This document shows, in pieces, positions 20,914-30,945 of a stretch of 64,000 nt of DNA (within the stretch, counting starts at the first letter, position 1; every line of letters begins with the position of its first letter). The stretch spans positions 384,001-448,000 of the forward strand of contig OZ244960.1 in assembly GCA_965222605.1 (NCBI GenBank). Reading direction: 5' to 3'. A program made the translations under genes and the position numbers. The notes beneath the pieces are model-generated. The model saw only the letters and a list, made by a program, of their open reading frames with translations. It was not told the DNA's origin and did not search any database. This DNA is from Candidatus Latescibacterota bacterium (GTDB taxonomy: Bacteria > Latescibacterota > UBA2968).

Positions 20914-21756
20914 CTATCCTACCTCATAAGCACCCGCATCATCTCGTCGCAATCGCCCCCAGGCAATATCTGGATCGTGCGGCCACACCATAACCCAGTT
21001 CTCGGAAACCGCTCTCTCCATAACCTCTTGCTTAACCAGATAGGTCTGCCGCGGATACAGATCGTAAGCCATCACATAAATCGGCTTCAGATGATGAGTC
21101 GTAGGGATCAAATCCCCCACAAAACAGAACATATCCTCGCCCGTATGCACCAGCACAGATTGATGCCTGCGGGTATGCCCTGGCGTAACCATGACCTCAA
21201 TAAAAGAACAAATATCCTCATCCCCCTCCAACAGCGCGAGCACAGGTGACAACGGCCTCATCACCTCGTCGTATCGGTACCCATTCACCGTCTGACCATC
21301 GGCATTTTCAGCATCGTCCCATTCCCCCTTTTGCACATAATAAGTCGCATTTGGAAAAGCGGGCACATATTCACCATCCTCTTGCACCGTACACCCCCCG
21401 GCATGATCTTGATGCAAATGCGTCAACACAACCCGCGTAATCTCCTCGGGCGCAATATGCAACTCGTCCAGAGACGCCAAAAGCCCATCCGACTCATCAA
21501 GCGCGTAAATCTCCCGTAGCTTCTCCGTCACCTTGCCCCCAAACCCGGTCTCAATCAGCGCAACCTCCCCCTGCCCTCTCACAAGCAAACAATTCATCGC
21601 CAACCCAATGCGATTGCGCTCATCGGGCGGGTAACACTTCTCCCAAAGCGGACGGGGCACAACCCCAAACATCGCGCCGCCATCCATCCTCACATACCCG
21701 GCAGATAAAACCCACACATCGCAACCACCACTTTGTTTATAATCTACAATCGCCAT
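20914..21756 (-). CDS. MBL-fold metallo-hydrolase
   Basis: MDGGAMFGVVP, THLHQDH, TPGHT, GDL, PHD; ATG 21756 with GGAGG. Confidence 0.9.
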   Translation of the reverse strand: MAIVDYKQSGGCDVWVLSAGYVRMDGGAMFGVVPRPLWEKCYPPDERNRIGLAMNCLLVRGQGEVALIETGFGGKVTEKLREIYALDESDGLLASLDELHIAPEEITRVVLTHLHQDHAGGCTVQEDGEYVPAFPNATYYVQKGEWDDAENADGQTVNGYRYDEVMRPLSPVLALLEGDEDICSFIEVMVTPGHTRRHQSVLVHTGEDMFCFVGDLIPTTHHLKPIYVMAYDLYPRQTYLVKQEVMERAVSENWVMVWPHDPDIAWGRLRRDDAGAYEVG

Positions 21757-21848
21757 TCTCACACCTCCAACTTTGCACTTCGCACTTACCTTCTTATATC
21801 TTATCTTATCCCCATATAAAATATTCGCAACAAAAAACAGGAGGAACC

Positions 21849-22616
21849 ATGCCAGCAGCACTCGTCACCGGATCCAGCAGAGGCATAGGCAGAGGCATAG
21901 CGTTTTGCCTTGCCGACGCGGGCTACGACATTCTGGTCAACTACGCAGGCAACCAGGCAGCAGCAGAAGAAACCGCAACAGGTATTCGGGAACGCGGGCA
22001 AAAAGTCCATATATGTCAGGGAGACATAACCCGCATAGAAGATGGCAAACGCCTCGTGGATACCACACTCAACGCCTTTGGTCGCCTCGACATGCTCGTC
22101 AACAACGCCGGCATTGCCCCCCGCGTGCGCGCCGACATACTCGAAGCCACGCCAGAAAGCTATGAAGACGTCATGAACACCAACCTCAAAGGCCCCTACT
22201 TTTTGACCCAATACGCGGCGAACCACATGATAGCACTCAAAAAACAGGGAAAAATACAAACACCGCGCATCGTCGTCATCACCTCCATATCGGCCTACAC
22301 CTCTTCAACAGCGCGCGGCGAATACTGCGTCTCAAAAGCTGGCCTGAGCATGATGACGCGCCTATTTGCCGACCGGCTCGCAGAACACGGCATCCCCGTC
22401 AATGAAATCCAGCCGGGCATCATCCAGACCGACATGACAGGACCCGTAAAAGAGAAATACGACCACCTGATAGCCGATGGACTAACACCCATCCGCAGAT
22501 GGGGACAACCCGAAGACATCGGCAAAGCTGTAGCGGCCATTGGACTCGGCTATTTCGACTTCACAACCGGCGCAGCAATCCCGGTTGACGGCGGATTCCA
22601 CATGCACCGGCTTTGA
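21849..22616 (+). CDS. SDR family oxidoreductase
   Basis: TGSSRGIG, NNAG, YCVSK, VDGG. Confidence 0.93.
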   Translation: MPAALVTGSSRGIGRGIAFCLADAGYDILVNYAGNQAAAEETATGIRERGQKVHICQGDITRIEDGKRLVDTTLNAFGRLDMLVNNAGIAPRVRADILEATPESYEDVMNTNLKGPYFLTQYAANHMIALKKQGKIQTPRIVVITSISAYTSSTARGEYCVSKAGLSMMTRLFADRLAEHGIPVNEIQPGIIQTDMTGPVKEKYDHLIADGLTPIRRWGQPEDIGKAVAAIGLGYFDFTTGAAIPVDGGFHMHRL

Positions 22617-22670
22617 TTCAATTTTCAAGCTATATCCCCCAATTTGCCTTTGATTTCCTGGGGTACGAGG

Positions 22671-22699
22671 TTGACATATATTCCCTTATAGCCTACTTT
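22671..22699 (+). promoter_or_regulatory. Sigma-70-type promoter
   Basis: TTGACA-17bp-TACTTT upstream of the 22749 ORF. Confidence 0.55.
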
Positions 22700-22748
22700 A
22701 TAAACAGACACAAAACATCGTATTCGACGCTTTCAAGTGAGGACCCAA

Positions 22749-23528
22749 ATGCTGAAACGCTTTTTTGGTAAAGATGACGAAGGACCAGACAATGGTACAA
22801 CAAAAGAAAGACAAATCCACATCGAAGGGCAAGACGAGCACGTTCAGGAAGCCATGGACCTCCTCGCACAAGAGGATCAAGATGAACTCGACGAAGCCCT
22901 TGACGAAGTTAATGAAACCGTAAGAGAAGCCGCCAGAGCCTCCCTGCGCGACCTGAGACTTATGCAAGAGGGCCACTGTCCATCCTGCGGCCACAAAACA
23001 CTGCGGCAATTTCTCTTTACAACTGTGTGTTCCAGTTGCGGTTGGTTTTCATTCATTTCGCCCGAAGAAGGCAAATCTCACATCCACCTGCAAAGTGGAC
23101 GCACCATCGAATGCGGCACCACATTTGACACCAAAGGCGACTTTGTACTCGGCATCACAAATGGCGTTGTACGCGCCAAAGTCTCAAAAGAAAATGTCGA
23201 ATACATCGAATTTTCCTGGACCGACGAAGAAATCCAGCGCAAACGCGAATCCCGCGCAAAAGAAGAAACGGGAATATGCAGCTGGTGCGAAAAATCGCTC
23301 GCAGATGATAATGATGACAATATCATTGTCTATGCGGCTTTTGGCTCCACCCAGGAGCGCTATGTCTTCTGTTCAAACAAATGCAACGAAGCCTTCCAAA
23401 AACAATATCCCATTCGCATTCACAAAAATTGCTACGAACGCTCCTGCCTCGATTGCGACTTGTGCAACAAACGCTACCTGGGCGAAGACGAGACCTTTCT
23501 CAAATTGCTCGAGCAGGGGAAAGTTTGA
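22749..23528 (+). CDS. Hypothetical multi-zinc-finger protein
   Basis: CPSC...CSSC, CSWC...FCSNKC, CYERSCLDCDLC; GAGGA before ATG 22749. Confidence 0.75.
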   Translation: MLKRFFGKDDEGPDNGTTKERQIHIEGQDEHVQEAMDLLAQEDQDELDEALDEVNETVREAARASLRDLRLMQEGHCPSCGHKTLRQFLFTTVCSSCGWFSFISPEEGKSHIHLQSGRTIECGTTFDTKGDFVLGITNGVVRAKVSKENVEYIEFSWTDEEIQRKRESRAKEETGICSWCEKSLADDNDDNIIVYAAFGSTQERYVFCSNKCNEAFQKQYPIRIHKNCYERSCLDCDLCNKRYLGEDETFLKLLEQGKV

Positions 23529-23551
23529 GAAAGCGGTAAGCAATTAGCCCT

Positions 23552-23597
23552 AAAAAATCCATCCCCCATCGCAATAATGCGCGATGGGGGATTTTTT
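23552..23597. terminator. Bidirectional terminator between convergent genes
   Basis: ATCCCCCATCGC...GCGATGGGGGAT with flanking A and T runs. Confidence 0.75.
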
Positions 23598-23632
23598 CGT
23601 GATCTTACATTCCTATTTGCCACTGAACATCA

Positions 23633-24454
23633 TCACTCCTCTGAGGAAATCACATCCTCTTTGGGAAGGGGGTTCTCAGTGCATATCGACTCTAAGAACG
23701 GATACGATATGTGACTGCGTTTTGCTTCGCGTCTTAAACGAAGTTGATAGAGTTCCCGCACACAACGCGCTTTTGTGGCTTCATCGAGCACAGCGGGAAA
23801 GTGTTGTTGAATATAGTACAGCGCGTAGCCTGTTTCCACCTTAATGGGGCCAATCACCTCACCTATCTTAGCGGCAAATAACAAGGGTGCAACATCATTG
23901 GGTAAGTCACGCCGCCCAAGACGCCCGAGATATCCACTAACAGGGCGCGTGTGTTCATCGAGGGAATATTGACGCGCGAGGGTGTGAAAATCTCGCCCTC
24001 CGTCTCTGATCTGCAGGGCAATCTCTTCGGCAATATCCCGTTCATTGACCAGAATCCAGCATATTTCTCGACGTTCAGACGCCAGTTTCTGGCTTGCAAA
24101 ATGAGCTTGAATTTGCTCAGCGGTGATTTGTGCTTTTAGCCGCTCCTGGAGCATCTGGTATTCAATTTCCCGTGCCATGTCAGTGAAGGTGATATTGCGT
24201 TGTGATAACCAATTTTCCGTATCTTCAACACTTTCCAATCTGTTTTTGTACCGCCACTGGTCTATCCCCTTTTGCAGTTTATCACGAGGAATTTTAATTT
24301 TTTCTTGTTGGGCAATTTGAAAGACCAGACCGCGTTGGGTAAAGAGGTCGTGCAATGTGTCCTTGCCGGTCGCTCGCATTGATTTCACGATATGGGATAA
24401 GCGAATTTGTGTCTCGTTTATTTGAATGATGACGGGATCAATTGAATCAGCCAT
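23633..24454 (-). CDS. PpiC/parvulin-type peptidylprolyl isomerase-like protein
   Basis: WILV...DFHTLARQYSLD...GYLG...GEVIGPIKVETGY. Confidence 0.85.
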   Translation of the reverse strand: MADSIDPVIIQINETQIRLSHIVKSMRATGKDTLHDLFTQRGLVFQIAQQEKIKIPRDKLQKGIDQWRYKNRLESVEDTENWLSQRNITFTDMAREIEYQMLQERLKAQITAEQIQAHFASQKLASERREICWILVNERDIAEEIALQIRDGGRDFHTLARQYSLDEHTRPVSGYLGRLGRRDLPNDVAPLLFAAKIGEVIGPIKVETGYALYYIQQHFPAVLDEATKARCVRELYQLRLRREAKRSHISYPFLESICTENPLPKEDVISSEE

Positions 24455-25774
24455 TTATTCTCTACCCTCTGGCGAAAGCGCAGCCATTTCGCGCAATTGT
24501 CGCAATGGGTTGAGTGCGAGCATCAAAATGGACAGGCGATCTGTTATGATTTCTGCCGTGCCCTTCATGCCGAACATGAACGCTTTTTCCTCGCCGTGTA
24601 CAAGAATGGTCGTTTTCTCCAGATCAATAATTCCTCTAAACACGGTTCCCGAACCCTCATCGCCCATTGCATCAGGTGAAATCTGTCTCAAATAGCCGTG
24701 CTGGATGCCGTAGTCCTGAAATGGAAATGCTTCAAATTTGAGCTTTACCTTTTGTCCGGATGACAGCAGACCCACATCTTTGTTCAAGATCAGGGCTTCG
24801 GCTACAATCGGTGTCGAGGCCGGTGCAATGGTTACCAGTGTCTGGCCTTTATTGACCACTTGACCGGGGGTATTGACCAGAACTTGTGTGACGATTCCCG
24901 ATTCGGGTGCAAGAATCAAATCGATGTCGGCATCAACAGATCGATTAACCGTTTGTTTCGCCTGTTTGAGTCTGATTGCTGCAATGTCATAAGCATTTTG
25001 GAAATTGGCTCGAGTGCGTTCGAGTTCGAGTCGTTCTTCGAGAATTTGGCGTTTTAAGTCTTTTAGGGAAACCTCATAGCGATTGATCTCTGCCATCCGC
25101 GCGGGTAGTTCTGCCAATGCGCTCAGATAGCGAACTTTGGCTTCATTGCGTGCTGCAAGGCTGATGAGTTTTTTGTCGTACAATTTTTGGTTTTGTTCAT
25201 ATTGCTGTTTCAAATGTTCTACTTCTGCGGAGTGTATTTCGATCTCAATGTCGGGGGTCTGGAAAGTTTCTGTGTGATTCTCAAGTGCTTTCCGATAGGT
25301 CTGCATCGCGGTTTGCATGACGCGAACGCGATGCTCAAGCGCGGATATGGTCTCTTTTGCCAAAATTCTTTTTTGTGGCAGGGTTTGTTGCAAATCAAAT
25401 TCCGCTTTTTTGAATGCGATCTCCGCTTGTTCCAATTCGCGGAACTCTTTGAGGGTTTCTTGTGAACGAAGTCTGAATAATGTCTGCCCTTCGGCAATGT
25501 GGTCTCCCGAATGGATGGCGATTTCCTGGATTTCACCAGAACGCGGTGCCTGGATGTTCTGAACTTTTCCCAATGGGACGAGACGAAATGGGGCCGTTGC
25601 GACAATATCGACTTGACCGTACCAGGCCCATGCTATGGCGATGGCAATAAAAAGCAGTAATACATAAATAAGGGCGCGGCTGAAAAAGGGGTGCAATGAC
25701 CCTAAAAACTCGATGGTGCTTTCGGCCAGATCAGTTTCGTGTTCGGGCGGTTTTTCAACCTGGGCTTCAGCCAT
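24455..25774 (-). CDS. HlyD family membrane fusion (adaptor) protein
   Basis: N-terminal TM, IQAPRSG, coiled coil, ILAPESGIV, KLKFEAFPFQDYG, GMKGTAEI. Confidence 0.92.
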   Translation of the reverse strand: MAEAQVEKPPEHETDLAESTIEFLGSLHPFFSRALIYVLLLFIAIAIAWAWYGQVDIVATAPFRLVPLGKVQNIQAPRSGEIQEIAIHSGDHIAEGQTLFRLRSQETLKEFRELEQAEIAFKKAEFDLQQTLPQKRILAKETISALEHRVRVMQTAMQTYRKALENHTETFQTPDIEIEIHSAEVEHLKQQYEQNQKLYDKKLISLAARNEAKVRYLSALAELPARMAEINRYEVSLKDLKRQILEERLELERTRANFQNAYDIAAIRLKQAKQTVNRSVDADIDLILAPESGIVTQVLVNTPGQVVNKGQTLVTIAPASTPIVAEALILNKDVGLLSSGQKVKLKFEAFPFQDYGIQHGYLRQISPDAMGDEGSGTVFRGIIDLEKTTILVHGEEKAFMFGMKGTAEIITDRLSILMLALNPLRQLREMAALSPEGRE

Positions 25775-25785
25775 TGGAATTCCGT

Positions 25786-28761
25786 TTACACAACCTGCAA
25801 TTGTTGTCCCGATAGATTGTAATAAAGTCCTCGTTCTGCGATGAGCGTATCGTGCGTTCCCTGTTCAACGATATTTCCGTCATCCAGTACAAGGATTAAA
25901 TCCGCATCTTTTACCGTGCTCACCCGGTGGGCGATGATAAATGCGGTCTTGCCTTCCAACATAGTGTCTAACCCCTCCTGAATCGCTCGCTCGGACTCTG
26001 TATCCAGAGCATTTGTAGCTTCGTCAAAGATGATAATTTTGGGATCGCCATATAGTGCCCGGGCAATGGACAGGCGTTGCCGCTGACCACCGGAAAGTCC
26101 CACGCCCTGTTCCCGGATTTTGGTTTCATATCCCATTGGCAGGTCTTTGATAAAGTCGTGGGCATACGCGAGTTTGGAAACTTCCATTAAACGGTCCATA
26201 TCGACGTCTTTGACCCCCAGGGCGATATTTTCGGCGATGGTGGCATTGAACATGACGGGTTCTTGCAAAACCATCCCCACCTGACGCCGCAGCCATCCGG
26301 GATCAAATTCGCGCAGGTCTGTGCCATCAAGTGTGACGGATCCCTCTGTTGGATCAAATAGCCGGGGTATGAGTTTTACCAGCGTTGTCTTGCCCGCACC
26401 GCTGCGGCCTACTATGGCTACTTTCTGACCGGGTGATATGTCCAAATTTATATCGCTTAAGACATAAGACTCTGTCGATCCCGATCCATACCGAAAGAAC
26501 ACCTTGTCAAATTTGACGTGTCCCTCTACGTCTGTGAGTTGAACCGAATAGTTGCGATTGCGCGATGACTCGGTTCGCATATCGTAGATGTCGTTTAATC
26601 GGTCCAGTCCCAACTTTGCCAGTTGAATCTCCGGCCACAGGTTAATCAATCCCATAATCGGTCCCAATACCCTGCCACTGAGCATATTGAAAGCGATTAA
26701 TTGACCAACTGATAAGTCGCCCTGAATAACCAGATTCGCGCCATACCAGAGCACGATGGTGCTGCCCAAAGCATTGTTTAACTGTCCAAAAGACCCAAAT
26801 AGCATATTTGTTTTGATTGCGGTAAAACCAATTTTTATTTCCTGGGTCAGGCGTTCTTCCCATAGCCATCGCGTGGATTTTTCGACTGCGAGGGTTTTTA
26901 TGACTTCAATACCGCGCAGGGAATCGATGAGTACGGATGACCATTCCGAGCGGGCGAGAAAAGATCGTTGATTGATGGACTTGAGGATTGGGGTGTAGAT
27001 TAACGTCAGGATAATGCTGAGCGGTATGAACGCCAAAACCCAGAGTGTCAAATGGGTGTGGTAATAGAACATCAGGCCCAGATAGACAAAGATCATGACC
27101 GCATCTAAGACGGCTGAAATAGCCGTTTCTGTCAACAAGCTCCTCAAGTACTGGCTCTCTCGAAATCGCGTCATGATTTCACCGGTTCTGCGGAGGGCGA
27201 AAAATCGCATGGGCAGACGGAGAAGATGATGGTAGATATGCGATAACATCGAGATGCTGATGCGCGCACCCACATATCCAATCAGGTAGTTGCGCAGTGA
27301 TGATGTGGCGATCCGAAATAAGGCGATGATGATCATGCCCATTAGCAGGAGATTGAGCAGGCTGGTATCCTGGTGAACGAGGACTTGATCGAGGATCATC
27401 TGGGTGAACAGGGGTGAGGCAAGGCCAAAGAGATTCAGCACAAGGGAGGCGATCAGGATTTCGGTGAGGATACCGAGATATGGGCGGGCGAGTGGGAAAA
27501 ACCGCCTGAATGATGATTTTCTTCCCCTATATCTCGAGACCTTGTCGGTATATTCGAGTATTAAGGCGAGTTTGGACCATTTGTCTTCGAATTCTTTGCG
27601 GGAAATTTTTCTGCGTCCAAGCGCAGGGTCTGCAATCCATGCGTATTTTGAATTGATCCGGTATAGAACGACAAAGTGATAGCCTTCCCAGTGCGCGATG
27701 AGGGGCAGGTCTCTTTCTCCGATTTCACTGTATCCTATCCGCACGCCGCGCGTTAGAAAGCCCAGGTTTTCAGCGGCTTCGGCAAGTGCAGATAGGGATG
27801 TGCCTTCCCGCGAGACATTGGCCATGTCTCGCAGGCGATTTAATCCGATGGATCGTCCGTAATATTGACAGATCATGCCGAGACAAGCCGCGCCGCAATC
27901 GGTCTCATCGTGTTGCTTGATGTAGGGAAATGTGATGTAGGTTCGCAGTTTTCGAGGGCTTTGATCTGAGATGCTATTTTCAGGCTCGATCTCTATTGTT
28001 TTAATTCGATCATTTTGTGGCACTGTCTCGCGTTGTTCTTCTTGTTCATTCTGATCGGTCTTCTCGAAAACCCGGATGAGTTGGGGTGCGCTTTCAAGCA
28101 CTCTGGCGAGGTCGATGTGCGAAAGGGTGTAGAGCACGACTTCTGTTTCTGTTTCAATAGTGAGTTGATCGGAGTTGCCGCGAAAAAAGTCGCCCGGTTT
28201 TAGTATTTTGAGAGGTTGACCCATCTCTCTCAATTGCAAGGTTCCGCGGCCAATGAGGCAGAGCCTTTTTGCTTCTTCATCTCGCCATACTGTTTTTTCT
28301 TCTGCTACAATAACCTTCCGTTCCAGACATTGGAAAAAGAACTGCATGGCTTCCTGGAGGTTTACGGTGTCCAGTTTCAGAAATTTTGTGAAGTTCCGAT
28401 AGGCGATGTCCCGCACTTGATCAAGCAGGTAAGGGGTCAGTTTCCGATGCTCTGATACGAGGGCGTGAAAGTTGATCTGAGACATTTTCAGCACAGTTGA
28501 GGGTTCAACCGCCCGAACCGTTGCCCTGCGCGGTTTGCCCGTGAGCAATGCGCCTTCTCCGCAATGGTCGCCGGGAAAGAGATAGCTTAGGGTTTGCATC
28601 TGGTCATTGCTGTCTCTCGTTAAAACCCTGAGTTGCCCGGATACGACATAGTAAAAGCAATCCCCCTTGTCGCCTTCATAAAATAAAACCTCTCCGAGAT
28701 TGACCTGCATTTCCTCTGCAGGAGGTCTCAGAGAGGCGTATAGATCGGTTCGTTTTATCAT
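25786..28761 (-). CDS. Peptidase-containing ABC transporter (cNMP-binding domains + C39 peptidase + TMD + NBD)
   Basis: [10 protein letters not shown]...RRATVRA (cNMP); [11 protein letters not shown]...HFVV...IADP (C39 triad intact); GRSGAGKT; LSGGQRQR; FDEAT. Confidence 0.93.
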   Translation of the reverse strand: MIKRTDLYASLRPPAEEMQVNLGEVLFYEGDKGDCFYYVVSGQLRVLTRDSNDQMQTLSYLFPGDHCGEGALLTGKPRRATVRAVEPSTVLKMSQINFHALVSEHRKLTPYLLDQVRDIAYRNFTKFLKLDTVNLQEAMQFFFQCLERKVIVAEEKTVWRDEEAKRLCLIGRGTLQLREMGQPLKILKPGDFFRGNSDQLTIETETEVVLYTLSHIDLARVLESAPQLIRVFEKTDQNEQEEQRETVPQNDRIKTIEIEPENSISDQSPRKLRTYITFPYIKQHDETDCGAACLGMICQYYGRSIGLNRLRDMANVSREGTSLSALAEAAENLGFLTRGVRIGYSEIGERDLPLIAHWEGYHFVVLYRINSKYAWIADPALGRRKISRKEFEDKWSKLALILEYTDKVSRYRGRKSSFRRFFPLARPYLGILTEILIASLVLNLFGLASPLFTQMILDQVLVHQDTSLLNLLLMGMIIIALFRIATSSLRNYLIGYVGARISISMLSHIYHHLLRLPMRFFALRRTGEIMTRFRESQYLRSLLTETAISAVLDAVMIFVYLGLMFYYHTHLTLWVLAFIPLSIILTLIYTPILKSINQRSFLARSEWSSVLIDSLRGIEVIKTLAVEKSTRWLWEERLTQEIKIGFTAIKTNMLFGSFGQLNNALGSTIVLWYGANLVIQGDLSVGQLIAFNMLSGRVLGPIMGLINLWPEIQLAKLGLDRLNDIYDMRTESSRNRNYSVQLTDVEGHVKFDKVFFRYGSGSTESYVLSDINLDISPGQKVAIVGRSGAGKTTLVKLIPRLFDPTEGSVTLDGTDLREFDPGWLRRQVGMVLQEPVMFNATIAENIALGVKDVDMDRLMEVSKLAYAHDFIKDLPMGYETKIREQGVGLSGGQRQRLSIARALYGDPKIIIFDEATNALDTESERAIQEGLDTMLEGKTAFIIAHRVSTVKDADLILVLDDGNIVEQGTHDTLIAERGLYYNLSGQQLQVV

Positions 28762-28803
28762 GTTCTCAATAGGGGTTATGTATGAAAGGAATATATGCGA
28801 TTT

Positions 28804-28831
28804 GTAGGGGCGGTGCCCCCGTGCCCGCCCG
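28804..28831 (+). repeat. GTAG-type REP-like palindrome
   Basis: GTAGGGGCGGTGCCCCCGTGCCCGCCCG followed by a T run. Confidence 0.55.
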
Positions 28832-28871
28832 TTCTGATCCTTTTTTTTTGACCCGCTTTGCAGATTGTCTT

Positions 28872-29471
28872 TTACTCAGCTTCAAATAGACCCCACCTTG
28901 AGTCGGGTGAGTCCTTGATTATCGTCTTGTCCGAAAGCAAGACCTGAAATCTGTATCGACTGCCATTAACGGGCATCTGAGCATAGATCGAATAGCAACG
29001 CCGGCAAGCCGTTATCTTGATCTCTGTGTCGCAGGGGACACAGTCCCAAATCCCCATAGGCTTTCTTTTGCATCGCAGGCACTCGATTTGTTCAATCCGG
29101 TTTTTGTTCCGTTCCTGGAATTTCTCCAAATCGCCAGAAGACATGGGGCCTATATACGATACACCTGCAGAGTTGCACACCTTGCAGAACGACATTTCGT
29201 CACCGTCCATCGTTCGCTTTTCGCCCGAAAAGTCATCGTACACCATCAGACAATTCCCACACGCGAAAATGCCCTCCACGTCTGGCTCGCGGTCTTCAAA
29301 ACGTCTGAAGTACGCCAGAATATCAGACTTATCACTATCGGGCAATTGTTCATAAGGCTGCATTTTGGTTCCGCACTCGTGGCAGCAACAGCCAAAGAAA
29401 TTCTTTGCCCATCGGCCACCGATCACCAGGAATACGATAATGAGAATGGTCAAAATAATAAACGCTTCCAC
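28872..29471 (-). CDS. Membrane-anchored protein with six CxxC motifs
   Basis: Hydrophobic N-terminus; CHEC, CGNC, CKVC, CLRC, CVPC, CRRC; GAGGA before GTG start. Confidence 0.75.
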   Translation of the reverse strand: MEAFIILTILIIVFLVIGGRWAKNFFGCCCHECGTKMQPYEQLPDSDKSDILAYFRRFEDREPDVEGIFACGNCLMVYDDFSGEKRTMDGDEMSFCKVCNSAGVSYIGPMSSGDLEKFQERNKNRIEQIECLRCKRKPMGIWDCVPCDTEIKITACRRCYSIYAQMPVNGSRYRFQVLLSDKTIIKDSPDSRWGLFEAE

Positions 29472-29520
29472 AGTCTGTTCCTCATGTCAGTGGTTATTGC
29501 TACGTCCTCTGCCTACGGGT

Positions 29521-29580
29521 TTTATCTTTATCCATCCCTATCCATCTGCGTTCATCTGCGTTCATCTGCGTTCATCTGCG
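29521..29580. repeat. 10-bp tandem repeat (TTCATCTGCG)n
   Basis: Four near-exact units preceded by two degenerate ones. Confidence 0.85.
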
Positions 29581-29583
29581 GAT

Positions 29584-30945
29584 CTATTCAATCAATTCTT
29601 TAGTATCGTGAACGCGAATATCAACTTCAGGCCAGTATTTATTTAGAATATCTATGATGTGATCCTTAGGTCCGACAAAGATCATGATCATATTCTGAGG
29701 TACAAAGAACTTTTCGAGAAAGGTACGCACCTCAGCATCGGTAATCGACTTAGAACCACCTTTGTGAGTTGGAGGATTATAGATGGCTCGATATACCTCA
29801 TTGTCCAGTCTTCGCTGTGGTGTCAACAACTCATGAGCATGAGCATAGACGACATTGCGGCTTTCACGCAATTCTTTTATTTTTTTCCAAAAGCGAGGGT
29901 CGTCGGAAAGTCCTCGGATGAAATCGGATATTTTTGCGATCAGTTCTTCGCTATTCTGTAACTGGGGATCTGCATAAATTTCGAGAAACCTGATATTTTT
30001 TGATGATCGATAATCGCAAGCAGGACTATAGACCAATCCCAACTCTTCTCTAAAATATTTGTAGAGCAAACCTCGAACACCATATCGCCCAAGCGTCATG
30101 GATATCATTGGGGGAATATAATTTGTTTCACCTATACTCCCATAGGGGATCAGCCAATAACAGAAAACATTCTTTAAGTCTGAATAATTCTCAAAGACAA
30201 AAGCCGAAGGACCAAAATAATAATTGGCCTCTGAAGGTGCCAATGAATGCACAAACCCACCTGCCTGTCGCAGCAGTAGGGTCTCCCGTTCTTCTATAAT
30301 TGGACGAAGCATTTTGGCGATCTCGGTGGAATCTCGGTTTGAGATTACCTTGAAAAACACCACTTCTGTTTTCTGAAGCCGCTCATAATATTGCCTGATG
30401 TCCTTTTCAGAAAGGTTTTTCACCGTTTTTAAGGACCTGAGTTTCTTTATGCCTTTTGTTTGTGCAAGTGCAAAATTTCTCATAAGATTAGCGGTATTTC
30501 TCTCCAGATCATTCTGGTAATTAGTCACCTCTCGCTTTTTCACATCTTCCAGATCAGACTCAGCAAACTCGAAGTTGTGTATGAAATCGCGAACTATTTT
30601 TATAGACTCAGCGCAATTCTCGGATAGGGTATAAACGGATACGGTCAGGGATGTTGTGTTGGCAAAGACAGACAAATCAGTCCCTAATACTGCCAGTTGA
30701 TCTATGTACCCTCGCTTGTTTATGCCCTTCCAAATCAACTTTGAGGCTATCTCCGCCAGTCCATTTTGAGAAGGCGGTTCCTGGTTTTTCCCTGCTCCGA
30801 GAAAGACAATATCAATTCTTGTCAATGGCGCGCGTTTGTCCTGGCGATAAAAAATTTGGTGGTTAGAAATCTCTGCATAAGCGGGCAGGATACTACACAG
30901 AGAATACAGCACAAGGCCAAAAGTTACACTCTGGAGTCTATTCAT
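29584..30945 (-). CDS. Exported M16 (insulinase) family protein, non-catalytic partner
   Basis: Signal peptide; no HxxEH; FREELGLVYS; C-terminal IFVGP. Confidence 0.75.
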   Translation of the reverse strand: MNRLQSVTFGLVLYSLCSILPAYAEISNHQIFYRQDKRAPLTRIDIVFLGAGKNQEPPSQNGLAEIASKLIWKGINKRGYIDQLAVLGTDLSVFANTTSLTVSVYTLSENCAESIKIVRDFIHNFEFAESDLEDVKKREVTNYQNDLERNTANLMRNFALAQTKGIKKLRSLKTVKNLSEKDIRQYYERLQKTEVVFFKVISNRDSTEIAKMLRPIIEERETLLLRQAGGFVHSLAPSEANYYFGPSAFVFENYSDLKNVFCYWLIPYGSIGETNYIPPMISMTLGRYGVRGLLYKYFREELGLVYSPACDYRSSKNIRFLEIYADPQLQNSEELIAKISDFIRGLSDDPRFWKKIKELRESRNVVYAHAHELLTPQRRLDNEVYRAIYNPPTHKGGSKSITDAEVRTFLEKFFVPQNMIMIFVGPKDHIIDILNKYWPEVDIRVHDTKELIE

